The notes below the pieces were generated by a model. The model saw only the letters and a list, made by a program, of their open reading frames with translations, did not search any database and was not told the origin of the DNA. A stretch of DNA of 64,000 nucleotides. Origin: Myxococcota bacterium (GTDB lineage Bacteria; Myxococcota_A; UBA9160; UBA6930). The translations under genes were made by a program, and so were the position numbers. The stretch spans positions 3,136,001 to 3,200,000 of the forward strand of contig OZ245015.1 in assembly GCA_965223705.1 (NCBI GenBank). Direction: 5' to 3'. Shown here one piece after another: positions 17,772-27,218 of this stretch (within the stretch, counting starts at the first letter, position 1; each line of letters opens with the position of its first letter).

Positions 17772-18994
17772 GGCCTGCAGTCCATAGCGTCTTGGCGTTC
17801 GCCCTGCTTTTCGCGGGGCGGAGCGCCGAAGCTGCGTTCCCGTTCGACTGGGGCCTCACCGGCGAGATCAGCGCCGAGGTTCGCTCGTTCCCGAGAGAGC
17901 CCCTCTACGACGAGCAAGAGCGAGCGGTCGCGTCGCCCTCCATCCACCTGGAACTCGAGCTCCTCGGCGAGTGGAACGACGGACTCGACCGAGTGACGTT
18001 TGTCCCCTACGCGCGCTGGGACGCCCACGACGACCACCGATCGCACTTCGACATTCGAGAACTGCACTGGATCCACCAGGAGGAGAACTGGTCGTTTCTG
18101 CTCGGCGTGGGCAAGGTGTTCTGGGGCGTCGCCGAATCGCGTCACCTGGTGGACATCATCAACCAGACCGACGTCGTGGAAGATATCGACGAAGAGGACA
18201 AGCTCGGTCAGCCGATGCTGAATGTCACCTTCCTCCGCGACTGGGGCGCGATCGATGTGTTCCTGCTGCCCTACTTTCGCGAGCGGGAGTTCCCGGACGA
18301 AGATGCGCGTTTGCGCGGGCCCTTCGCCGTCCGCGGAGATGCGGAATACGACTCGGATCTCGAAGAGTGGCATCCGGATTGGGCCGTGCGCTGGTCCCAT
18401 ACCCTGGGCGAGTTCGACCTCGGCCTGTCCTATTTTCGCGGCACCAGCCGCGAGCCGATTTTCGAGCCGCGTTTCGGTGGCTCACCGGGCGATTTCACGC
18501 TGCGTCCTCGCTACGAAGTGATCGATCAAATCGGCTTCGACGGGCAGTGGACGCACGAAGCTTGGCTGTGGAAGTTCGAAGGTATCGTCAGACACGGCCA
18601 CGCCGATACGTTCAGCGCTTTCGTCGCCGGGTTCGAATACACCCTGTTCCAGATCGCGGGGACGGACGGAGACCTCGGGCTTCTCGTGGAATACCTCTAC
18701 GATGGCCGGCCTCGAGATCCGAGCGAGGCGCCGATCACCCGAGCAGAGCACGACGTCTTCGCCGGGTTCCGCTGGGCAGCGAACAATGTGTCGGACACCC
18801 AACTCTTGGGCGGCGCCATCGTCGACACGCGAACCGGTGAAACCTTCGCGATCCTGGAAGCGGCCCACCGTTTGGGCGACAGCTGGCTCTTCGAAGTCGA
18901 AGTGCGCTGGCTGTTCGACGTCGAGCGCGACAGCCTAGCCATTGGCTTCGCCCGCGATAGCTTCGTCTCCGCGCGACTGACTTGGCATTTCTAG
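17768..18994 (+). CDS. Putative outer-membrane beta-barrel protein
   Basis: Signal peptide, VFWGVAES..LVDIINQ, alternating beta strands, C-terminal aromatic (WHF); overlaps the LolA-like gene. Confidence 0.78.
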   Translation: MRPAVHSVLAFALLFAGRSAEAAFPFDWGLTGEISAEVRSFPREPLYDEQERAVASPSIHLELELLGEWNDGLDRVTFVPYARWDAHDDHRSHFDIRELHWIHQEENWSFLLGVGKVFWGVAESRHLVDIINQTDVVEDIDEEDKLGQPMLNVTFLRDWGAIDVFLLPYFREREFPDEDARLRGPFAVRGDAEYDSDLEEWHPDWAVRWSHTLGEFDLGLSYFRGTSREPIFEPRFGGSPGDFTLRPRYEVIDQIGFDGQWTHEAWLWKFEGIVRHGHADTFSAFVAGFEYTLFQIAGTDGDLGLLVEYLYDGRPRDPSEAPITRAEHDVFAGFRWAANNVSDTQLLGGAIVDTRTGETFAILEAAHRLGDSWLFEVEVRWLFDVERDSLAIGFARDSFVSARLTWHF

Positions 18995-19779
18995 TGGAGG
19001 GCGACCTCGCCGGCCGCATCGCCCTCGTGACGGGTGGAGGACGCGGCATCGGTCGCGCCATCTCGGTGGCCCTCGCCGAGCGCGGCGCCTGGGTCGCGGT
19101 GAACTACCGGCGAGATCGAGGCGCTGCCGAAGAGACCGTTCAGTCCATCCGCGACGCCGGGGGCGTGGGTGGTGCGTACGCAGCGCCTGTCGACGACGCC
19201 GACTCGGTGGCGACAATGCTCGCCGCGATTCGAGACGACCGCGGCCCTGTCGACTTGCTCGTCAACAACGCCGGCATCGCGAGCCGGGGCCACAGCGTCG
19301 AGCAAACCGATCCCGAAGAGCTCTTGCGCGTCATCCGCGTTCACGCGCTCGCCCCCCACCACATTTGCCAGCTGGTCCTTCCGGAGATGAAGAAACGGCC
19401 CCGCGGTGACATCATCATGATCTCGAGTGTCGCTACCCTGGGCAACGCAGCCGGGGGCGCTCCTTACAACATGGGCAAGGCCGCGATGGAATCACTCGCA
19501 CTGACCCTCGCTCGCGAGGTGCGCCAACACGGGATTCACGTCAATATCGTTGCACCCGGAATCGTCGAGACCGATATGGGAGATCGGTTAATTCAGGCGG
19601 TATGCGGTGTTGAATCGATCCAAGAAATCGCGAAAGACATGCCTTTCGGTCGCATCTGTCAGCCCGAGGACGTCGCCCACGCCGTGTGCTTTCTCGTATC
19701 CGAAGGCGCCGCATACATCACCGGGGAAAAGATCAACGTATGGGGCGGCGGCGAGCGGGTGAGCGGCATGGTTCCCTGA
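18994..19779 (+). CDS. SDR family oxidoreductase (FabG-like)
   Basis: TGGGRGIG, NNAG, YNMGK, VAPG. Confidence 0.9.
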   Translation: MEGDLAGRIALVTGGGRGIGRAISVALAERGAWVAVNYRRDRGAAEETVQSIRDAGGVGGAYAAPVDDADSVATMLAAIRDDRGPVDLLVNNAGIASRGHSVEQTDPEELLRVIRVHALAPHHICQLVLPEMKKRPRGDIIMISSVATLGNAAGGAPYNMGKAAMESLALTLAREVRQHGIHVNIVAPGIVETDMGDRLIQAVCGVESIQEIAKDMPFGRICQPEDVAHAVCFLVSEGAAYITGEKINVWGGGERVSGMVP

Positions 19780-19789
19780 GGAGCTCGAA

Positions 19790-20284
19790 ATGACGATTGC
19801 GATCAACGGCATTGCCCACGTCCAACTCACGGTCCGCGATCCGGACGCCTGCCTTCCTTTTTGGGAGAAGCTGCTTCACTTCTTCGAAATGAAGACACTG
19901 TTGCGCGGCGACGACTCGATCTACTGCATCGGCGGGCGCACCGGCATCCTCGTACGCGGTGCTCCGGAAGACAAACGCGACCGAGCCTTCGACCAAGACC
20001 GGCCCGGCTTGCATCACATCTGCTTTCGAGCGCGCAGCGTCGAAGACGTCGATTCCGTGCACGAATTCGCGGTCAAGGAGCTCGGTGCGAATATCATCCA
20101 TGCCGCCGAAGACGGTTCGCAGTTCGCTCCCGGCTACTACTCGGTCTTGTTCGAAGACCCGGACGGGTTGCGCATCGAAGTGAATCATGTGCCCGGACGC
20201 GGGCATTTCGGCGATCGGGGGCGCCTCGGCAAAAGCGGCGCGGGGCCCGCGTCGCGCTACGGCGAAGACGGCTTGAACGACTGA
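19790..20284 (+). CDS. VOC/glyoxalase family protein
   Basis: IAHVQLTV, GLHHICF, YYSVLFEDPDGLRIE. Confidence 0.9.
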   Translation: MTIAINGIAHVQLTVRDPDACLPFWEKLLHFFEMKTLLRGDDSIYCIGGRTGILVRGAPEDKRDRAFDQDRPGLHHICFRARSVEDVDSVHEFAVKELGANIIHAAEDGSQFAPGYYSVLFEDPDGLRIEVNHVPGRGHFGDRGRLGKSGAGPASRYGEDGLND

Positions 20285-20288
20285 GCGA

Positions 20289-20954
20289 TCAGGAGTCGCT
20301 GAGCCCGACGAAGCGCTTGGGTTCCGATTGCCCCCACGTGTCAAAGTGAGTCACTTCTTCTGCGGGCGTCCTGCTCGTGGGACCGAATTTCCCCATCGGA
20401 AACCCGATGGGGATCATCGCGACGACGCCGAACGCCTCGGGGATGCCAAAACGCGCGTGCATTTCCGCTTCAAACATCTGGTGCATCGTCGTCAGGGTTG
20501 CGCCGAGCCCGAGATCCCGGCACGCCAGCAAGATGTTCTGAACTGCGGGATACACCGACCCGTAGGACGGAGGCGCCTTGCCGACGCGGTCTTCTTCCTT
20601 GACGGCAAAAGGCCAATCTCGCTTGCCGCAGGCGAGAAGGACAACAGGCGTGTCCGCGAAGTGCTCGATCTGGTGGGCCACGGCGCGAACCACCCGCGCC
20701 CACGGTGACTGGTCATCGGGGTCCGTCTCGAACGCGCCGGGAAAGCGCCCTTCCATGGCCTCTCGATACTTCTCACCGAGCCACGCCTTCGCGTCGGCAT
20801 CCTGCACCGCGACAAACGCCCAGGCTTGGGTGTTTTGTCCGCTGGGCGCGCCGACAGCGGCCGTTAGAACCTTCCGCACCATGGACATCGGCACGGGGTC
20901 TTTCTTCAAACGTCGCATGGCGCGTACGTTCCCGACCAGTTCAAAGAATTCCAT
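20289..20954 (-). CDS. Nitroreductase family protein
   Basis: RAMRR, APSGQNTQ, SVYPAVQNILLAC..GLG, IPIGFP. Confidence 0.9.
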   Translation of the reverse strand: MEFFELVGNVRAMRRLKKDPVPMSMVRKVLTAAVGAPSGQNTQAWAFVAVQDADAKAWLGEKYREAMEGRFPGAFETDPDDQSPWARVVRAVAHQIEHFADTPVVLLACGKRDWPFAVKEEDRVGKAPPSYGSVYPAVQNILLACRDLGLGATLTTMHQMFEAEMHARFGIPEAFGVVAMIPIGFPMGKFGPTSRTPAEEVTHFDTWGQSEPKRFVGLSDS

Positions 20955-20957
20955 GCG

Positions 20958-22175
20958 TTACCTCTCTAGGAAGTCATCGAGGAGCGGCGAGACGCGAAGC
21001 GATTCGGGAACGCGATCTCGCCCGATCCGCCGATCGAGCTCCTCGTGCCAATGGTAGATTCGCCGCTCTTGATAGTTCAACGCGGCACCGCGAAAGCCCG
21101 GACTCTCGACCGAGGCCTGGATCGGTTCGGCGAACGAAATATCCTCGGCGACGATGCGGTCGAAGTTTTCGATGCGGCGATCCCAGATCGGCGGACGGGT
21201 GTCGCCTTCCCACGCCGGCCCGAACCAGACCACATCGAGAAGGCTGCTCCTGACGTCGACAGGCCAAATCAACACGGCGCCGATGCCGCTCGCCTGAACC
21301 GGAAGGATGAAGTTCGGAAATAGCCCGTAGCTCGGGAGGTGCTCGGTTTCGATCGGAGTCGTTCCCTCGAGTTCGCGGAGTCCCACCGTGCCCGGGTCGA
21401 CCCACCCTTCTCTGCGGTAGGGGGAGAGCATCATCGAGTGACCGCCCTCCCACAAATGCACCCCCGTCGCCTTCTGTTCGAAGATTCGATCCGTCGTCCC
21501 GGGGTGAAGCAACCTGAAGTGGTACGCCTCGAGAAAGTTCTCGAGGAGGATCTTGTAGTTGCAGGCGACGGGCGTCGTGCGTTGCGAAACGAGGCGCAGG
21601 TCTTCGATCGGCAAATGCCGAAAGAATCGCGCGACAGGCTCGAGAAAATCCTCGAGAGGCGGCGCATCGGGATCTTCACAGACGAAAATCCAGTTGCCGA
21701 AACGTTCGCAGCGAACCGGAAGCAGACCGCGGCGCGAACGGTCGAACTCTCTGAAGTCCCGTCGATCCGGATACGCGCGCAAGGCGCCGTCTAGATCGTA
21801 GGTCCATCCGTGGTAGCCACACGCGAAGGTCGCTCCGAGCGTTCCTCGCTCTTCGCGAAGAATCGGCGCTCCCCGATGGCGACAGGTGTTGTAAAACGCG
21901 CGGAACTGCCCCTCGCGGTTGCGCAGCACGACGACCGGCGTGCCGGTCTTGTTCCATAGGAAGTAGCTGCCAGACGCGGGCAGCTCATCGACGTGTCCGG
22001 CATAGAGCCACGTCTTCCGCCACAGGCCTTCTCGCTCGAGATCGAAGAATGCGGGGTCTGCGTAGCGACCGGCCGGTAGGTCGGGGAGCTCTGGAAAGTC
22101 GCTCGGGTGCGAGTCGCGCCCCCGCTCGTAGCTGGTCTGCGCAATCCACCGCTCGATGCGTTCCGCGTCGAGCAC
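20958..22175 (-). CDS. Rieske non-heme iron oxygenase alpha subunit
   Basis: CRHRG...CGYHGW Rieske motif; ENFLEAYH...H mononuclear Fe motif. Confidence 0.92.
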   Translation of the reverse strand: MLDAERIERWIAQTSYERGRDSHPSDFPELPDLPAGRYADPAFFDLEREGLWRKTWLYAGHVDELPASGSYFLWNKTGTPVVVLRNREGQFRAFYNTCRHRGAPILREERGTLGATFACGYHGWTYDLDGALRAYPDRRDFREFDRSRRGLLPVRCERFGNWIFVCEDPDAPPLEDFLEPVARFFRHLPIEDLRLVSQRTTPVACNYKILLENFLEAYHFRLLHPGTTDRIFEQKATGVHLWEGGHSMMLSPYRREGWVDPGTVGLRELEGTTPIETEHLPSYGLFPNFILPVQASGIGAVLIWPVDVRSSLLDVVWFGPAWEGDTRPPIWDRRIENFDRIVAEDISFAEPIQASVESPGFRGAALNYQERRIYHWHEELDRRIGRDRVPESLRVSPLLDDFLER

Positions 22176-22180
22176 GCCGC

Positions 22181-23251
22181 TCAGTCGTCGAGCTTCTGGA
22201 GCTCCGGAAGCACCTCGGAAGCGAAGAGCTCCATGCTTCGCGTCGCCGTGTCGTACGGCATCCCCGCGAAGCCGAACGCGTACCCGGTATGCGTGCAGCC
22301 GGTCTTCTCTCGGAGATCGATCACTTTCTCAACGCACTGCTCGGGCGTTCCCCAGACCTGGAGGTCTTTGTAGAACGCGGCCATCCCATCGGCACCCATT
22401 TCGGAGAGCGCCTCTTGCATCGCCTTGTAGGATTCGTAGCCGCGTGCGGTGCCGAACTGATCGGACTCCACCTCGTAGTGCTTGATGACGGTGTGGTAGT
22501 ACCCTTCGATGTAGCGATGCGCGAGATCTTCGGCTTCGGCTTCGCTCTCGGCGCAAACGCAGTGTGAGAGCACGATCGGGGGCGGCGGCTCCTGCCCGCC
22601 GCTTGCCTCGCGATACATCGAGCGATAGTCCGCAAGCTCCTGCAACTGCTGATCCCACGGCTTTTGAGCGATGATCAGCAGCCCGACACCCGCTTTCGCG
22701 AGAATCGCACCGGTCTCCGGCGAGATCGACGCGGCATAGGTCCGACCCTTGAAGCTCTTGAACGGCTCCGGACGAATCGGGCTGTGGGGAACCTTGACCA
22801 GCGTGCCGTCGTACTCCATGACGCCGGTCTCGAGGGCTTCCAAGATCGCTTCCATCCGCTCGTTGAACAGGATCCGCGAATCGCCCTGGGGAACGCCGAA
22901 CGAATCGAACTCGACGCGCGCCAGACCGCGACCCATACCGAAGATCACGCGCCCGTCGGACATGTGATCCAGGGTCGCGATCTGCTCGGCCACGCGGATG
23001 GGATCGTTCCAGGGCAGGACCACCACCGCACTGCCCAACTCGACGCGCTCGGTCTTCGCGGCGACGTATGTCAGAAACTGCGGCACGTGGGGCGAAAGGA
23101 TGTAATCCGTAAAGTGGTGCTCGATGCCCCACACGGAATCGAACCCCAGGGACTCGGCCCGCACCGCCATGCGGAGCTCTTCCCGATACAGCGCGCGGTC
23201 GGAGATCTGATTCTCCGGGTTTTGGAACATGGCGGTGTAACCGACCTTCAT
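22181..23251 (-). CDS. LLM class flavin-dependent oxidoreductase (bacterial luciferase-like)
   Basis: AESLGFDSVWGIEHHF, P.RVAEQIATLDHMSDGR..GMGRG. Confidence 0.9.
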   Translation of the reverse strand: MKVGYTAMFQNPENQISDRALYREELRMAVRAESLGFDSVWGIEHHFTDYILSPHVPQFLTYVAAKTERVELGSAVVVLPWNDPIRVAEQIATLDHMSDGRVIFGMGRGLARVEFDSFGVPQGDSRILFNERMEAILEALETGVMEYDGTLVKVPHSPIRPEPFKSFKGRTYAASISPETGAILAKAGVGLLIIAQKPWDQQLQELADYRSMYREASGGQEPPPPIVLSHCVCAESEAEAEDLAHRYIEGYYHTVIKHYEVESDQFGTARGYESYKAMQEALSEMGADGMAAFYKDLQVWGTPEQCVEKVIDLREKTGCTHTGYAFGFAGMPYDTATRSMELFASEVLPELQKLDD

Positions 23252-23299
23252 GGGGGCCTCCTTGTCTCGCGGCGAGTTTACCAGAACGGCACCGAAAGC

Positions 23300-24856
23300 T
23301 TAGGGCCGGTACCCGAAGGATGGCGCCCCGGTCCGCCGGGAGTCCGCCACGAGATTCGCCCACTGACACAGGACGCGACGCGTGTCCCGCGGGTCGATGA
23401 CGTCGTCGACCTCGAAGAACTCGGCCGCGCGAAACGGTGAGCGGTAGCGGTCGAGGCGCTCGCGGATCGAGGCGAGCTCGGCCTCGAACGCGGCGCCCTC
23501 GAGGCCGGCCAGCTCGCGGCGGTACGCGACCTCGATACCGCCCTCCACGGGCAGACTGTGCCAGTCTCCCGAGGGCCACGACCAGCGTGGGTGTGTGGAA
23601 CCGGGCTTCGAGTTCGCGGCCCCGGCGACGCCGAAGGCCTTTCGGATCACGACGCAACAAAACGGGCTGCTGCACTGGCCCAGCGCAGCGAGCGCCCGGG
23701 AACCGTGGCGAATGGTCGCATCGTCTTCCGACTGCTTCCCGATCAGGAAGCCGGGACAATCCTCGAGGTGGATCGCGGGCAAGTGAAAAGTCGACGCGAG
23801 ATCGAGCAGGCGCGTGATCTTCTGGCTCGCGTCTGCCGTCCAGGCGCCGCCGTAGACGTAGGGATCTTCGGAAAACACCGCGACGGGCCAGCCGTCGAGA
23901 CGCGCGAGCCCGGTGATCGCGGAGCGACCCCACGCCCGCCCGATCTCGAAGAAACTCTCGTCGTCGAAGATTCCGTCGATGACGTCCCGCATCTTGTACA
24001 CCTGCCTCGGATTTCGAGGCACGATGTCGAGCAGGCGCTCTTCTCGGCGCGCGGGATCGTCGGTGGGGTCCTTGCGCGGCGGCAGCTCTTCGACGTTTCG
24101 GGGAAGGTACGAAAGAAATTGCCGCGCCCGCTCGAACGCCTCGGCCTCGGTTTTCACCGCGTCGTCGATCGCCCCGTTGCGCGTGTGAACCCGCGCGTGC
24201 CCGAGCTCCTCTTTCGTCACTTCGCGCTGTCCCGCTTGCTCAACGAGAGCCGGACCGGCGATCATCATCTGCGCGGTGTCTTCGACGATGACGGAGTAGT
24301 GGCTCGTCACGACCCGCGCCGCCCCCAGCCCGGCGACGGAACCCAACGCCAAGGCGACGGAAGGGGCGACCGACAAGTGCTCGACGACGGTTTCCCAACC
24401 GGCCATCTGTGGGATCAATGTGCGGCCTTGGGTTTCGATCATCTTGACGGAGCCGCCTCCGCCCATGCCGTCGACCAGGCGGACGTGGGGGAGCCCGAGC
24501 TCGACCGCGAGGCGTTCCGAAAAGTGCCTCTTCGCCGGGATATGCGCTTCGTTGGATCCGCCACGGACCGTGAAATCGTCCCCTGACAACATCACCGGCC
24601 GCCCGTCGACTTCCGCTACCCCGCACACGAAGTTCGCCGGGAGCAGGCCCACGAGTTGACCGCTTTCGTCGTACGTTGCAGCCCCGGCCGTCGCGCCGGA
24701 TTCTCGGAACGTTCCCGGATCCGCGATGCCGTCGATGCGCTCGCGGATCGTCAACTTGCCGGCTTGTCGCTGTCGCTCGACGCGCTCCGCTCCGCCGAGC
24801 TCCTCGGCGAGGGCTCGACGCCTCGAGAGCTCATCGATCTCACGTTTCCAACTCAT
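23300..24856 (-). CDS. Acyl-CoA carboxylase/decarboxylase carboxyltransferase subunit
   Basis: GG.ERVERQ..GKLTIRERI, DDFTVRGGS, GLARLDG, DCPGF, IDPRDTR; ATG at 24856. Confidence 0.9.
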   Translation of the reverse strand: MSWKREIDELSRRRALAEELGGAERVERQRQAGKLTIRERIDGIADPGTFRESGATAGAATYDESGQLVGLLPANFVCGVAEVDGRPVMLSGDDFTVRGGSNEAHIPAKRHFSERLAVELGLPHVRLVDGMGGGGSVKMIETQGRTLIPQMAGWETVVEHLSVAPSVALALGSVAGLGAARVVTSHYSVIVEDTAQMMIAGPALVEQAGQREVTKEELGHARVHTRNGAIDDAVKTEAEAFERARQFLSYLPRNVEELPPRKDPTDDPARREERLLDIVPRNPRQVYKMRDVIDGIFDDESFFEIGRAWGRSAITGLARLDGWPVAVFSEDPYVYGGAWTADASQKITRLLDLASTFHLPAIHLEDCPGFLIGKQSEDDATIRHGSRALAALGQCSSPFCCVVIRKAFGVAGAANSKPGSTHPRWSWPSGDWHSLPVEGGIEVAYRRELAGLEGAAFEAELASIRERLDRYRSPFRAAEFFEVDDVIDPRDTRRVLCQWANLVADSRRTGAPSFGYRP

Positions 24857-24929
24857 GGGAGGCCAGGGTATCCCAGCCCTGCCCGACCCTGGTAGGATCA
24901 CGGACTCCCTCAGAACTCCGGGGTCGAAT

Positions 24930-25340
24930 GTGCGCCGCTACACCAACCGCCTTCGCGTGAACTTCGTCGACACCGATTTGAGCGGTCGTATCCACTACAC
25001 CGCAGCGATGCGCTATTTCGAAGCGACGGAACACGCGCTGATGCGGGCCATCATGCAAGACGTCGACGGCCCGCGGCCCATGCTCCCACGCGTCCACGTC
25101 GAAGCCGATTTCGCGGCCATGTTGTCCTGGGAAGAGGAGATCGCCTGCACGGCGCGGGTGGCAACAGTGGGGCGCACCTCGCTGACCTTCGAGTATTCCG
25201 TGGTCCGCGTGAGCGACGGTGTCGAAGCTGTAACGGGCAAGATCGTGGCAGTGTCGGTCGACGAAGAAGGCCGGGCCGCCCCGTTTTCGGACGCGTTCCG
25301 CGCCGCCGCGAAACGCGATGTCGAAGCTGGCGTACCCTGA
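24930..25340 (+). CDS. Acyl-CoA thioesterase (4HBT/YbgC hotdog fold)
   Basis: RVNFVDTDLSGRIHY, YFE, VGRTS; GTG start estimated. Confidence 0.85.
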   Translation: MRRYTNRLRVNFVDTDLSGRIHYTAAMRYFEATEHALMRAIMQDVDGPRPMLPRVHVEADFAAMLSWEEEIACTARVATVGRTSLTFEYSVVRVSDGVEAVTGKIVAVSVDEEGRAAPFSDAFRAAAKRDVEAGVP

Positions 25341-25358
25341 CGCCCGGAGGATGACGAA

Positions 25359-26246
25359 ATGCAGATCGGATTTATCGGCACGGGAAACATGGGCGGCCCG
25401 ATGGCGGCGAACATCCTGGCCGCGGGCCATGCCCTGCGGGTGCACGACACGCTGCGGAGCGCCACAGCGACCCTCGAGGAAGCGGGCGCGACCTGGTGCG
25501 ACGACGCGTCGGGTGTGTGCGACGGGGCCGACGCGGTCTTTTTGTCGCTCCCCGGCCCGAAAGAAGTCGAAGCGGTCGCGTCGGCATTGCTCCCGCACAT
25601 GCGGGCGGGTCAAACACTCGTCGACATGAGTACGAACTCGCCGTCGCTCATGAAGAAGATCGAGAGCGACGCGAAGGCCCAAGGCATCGATTTTCTCGAC
25701 GCTCCGGTGAGCGGCGGTGTGCGCGGCGCCCGCAAGGGAACCCTCGCGATCATGGTCGGCGGCGACCGTTCCGTCTTCGAGCGCCTCGAACCTGTGTTCC
25801 AGGTGATGGGCGCGAACATCTTTCACGTCGGCGAGATCGGCGCGGGCAACGTCGCGAAACTCGTCAACAACATGTTGGCGTTCGCCATCATGATGTCGAA
25901 CGCCGAAGCCTTGGTCCTCGGTGCGAAAGCCGGGGTCGACCCGAACGTCCTCTGGAACATCATCCGCACGAGCAGCGGGAACAGCATGACTTGGGAAGGC
26001 GGCGCACGCGCAATCCTGCGCGACCGCTTGGCGCCGACCTTCACGGTCGATCTGGCGTGCAAGGACATCGGCCTCGCCGCGGATCTCGCGAAAGAAATGG
26101 ACGTCGATCTCACCATGGTGGCGAAGGCGAAAGAGCTGCTGACGAACTTCCAGCAAAACGGCTTCGCGAAGGAAGACGTGCTGGCCACGATCAAATCCCT
26201 CGAAGAGGCGGCGGGCGTCACCGTTCGCGGCACCTGGGATCAATAG
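25359..26246 (+). CDS. Beta-hydroxyacid dehydrogenase (3-hydroxyisobutyrate dehydrogenase family)
   Basis: GFIGTGNMGGPMA, DAPVSGG, KLVNN, KD. Confidence 0.93.
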   Translation: MQIGFIGTGNMGGPMAANILAAGHALRVHDTLRSATATLEEAGATWCDDASGVCDGADAVFLSLPGPKEVEAVASALLPHMRAGQTLVDMSTNSPSLMKKIESDAKAQGIDFLDAPVSGGVRGARKGTLAIMVGGDRSVFERLEPVFQVMGANIFHVGEIGAGNVAKLVNNMLAFAIMMSNAEALVLGAKAGVDPNVLWNIIRTSSGNSMTWEGGARAILRDRLAPTFTVDLACKDIGLAADLAKEMDVDLTMVAKAKELLTNFQQNGFAKEDVLATIKSLEEAAGVTVRGTWDQ

Positions 26247-26254
26247 GAGACACG

Positions 26255-26920
26255 ATGGAATTCGACGATGTGGTTCGAACCACCTTTACCTGTCGAGAAT
26301 TCACCGACGAAGAGGTCCCCGAAGCCGACCTCGCGGCGATCCTCGAGCAGGCGCGGTTCGCGCCGAGCGGTGGCAATCGCCAGGGCTGGCACGTCATCGC
26401 GGTTCGCGACGCGGAGCTCCGGAAGCAGTTTGCGAAGTGGATCCACCCGATGTTCCAACGCTACTTGGCCCAGGTACATGCGGGAGAAAGCCCGTGGAAC
26501 ACGGTCCACCCGACGAAACTCACACCCGAAGAAGTGCGTCGCGTCGAAGTGAACTTCCCGCTGCTCGAGAACCTCGACAAGGTGCCTGTCCTCCTCGTGG
26601 TGGCTCTCGATCTCTCGGTAACCGCCTCTTTCGACAAGGACCACGACCGAGTCGGCGTGATCAGCGGCGCGTCGATTTATCCGTTCGTCTGGAACTTGCT
26701 CCTCGCGGCGCGCAACGCCGGCTACGGCGGCGCGCTCACCACGTTTCTCGTGGCCGGAGAAAAGGAAGTTCAGAAGGCGCTCAACCTCCCGGATCACTAC
26801 GCGGTCGCCGCGATGGTCCCGTTGGGGCGCCCGAAGAAACAATTGACGAAGCTTCGTCGGAACCCGGTCCGCGATTTCGCGACGTGGGACACGCTCGACG
26901 GCAAGCCCATCGGATCTTGA
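26255..26920 (+). CDS. Nitroreductase family protein
   Basis: APSGGNRQGW, ASIYPFVWNLLLAAR; ATG after AGGAG. Confidence 0.9.
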   Translation: MEFDDVVRTTFTCREFTDEEVPEADLAAILEQARFAPSGGNRQGWHVIAVRDAELRKQFAKWIHPMFQRYLAQVHAGESPWNTVHPTKLTPEEVRRVEVNFPLLENLDKVPVLLVVALDLSVTASFDKDHDRVGVISGASIYPFVWNLLLAARNAGYGGALTTFLVAGEKEVQKALNLPDHYAVAAMVPLGRPKKQLTKLRRNPVRDFATWDTLDGKPIGS

Positions 26921-26930
26921 GGAGGCACCC

Positions 26931-27218
26931 ATGGCCGCATACATCATCGCTCGCGTCGATGTGACCGACCCCGAGAAGTACAAGAACTACATGGCGCTCA
27001 CGCCCGCAGCCATCGAGAAAGCTGGCGGGCGTTTCATCGTTCGGGGTGGCGCGGTGACCACCCTCGAAGGTCCGGAGGAGACGCGTCGGCTCGTCGTGCT
27101 CGAATTCGACTCCATCGAGGCCGCGAAGGCGTTCTACCACTCGCCGGACTACGAGCGTGCGAAGCTCGAGCGCGTGGGCGCAGCCGACGCGCAGTTCCTG
27201 GCCGTCGAGGGCGTCTAG
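26931..27218 (+). CDS. DUF1330 domain protein
   Basis: GGRFIVRGG...LEG, VVLEF.S..A..FY.SPDY. Confidence 0.9.
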   Translation: MAAYIIARVDVTDPEKYKNYMALTPAAIEKAGGRFIVRGGAVTTLEGPEETRRLVVLEFDSIEAAKAFYHSPDYERAKLERVGAADAQFLAVEGV

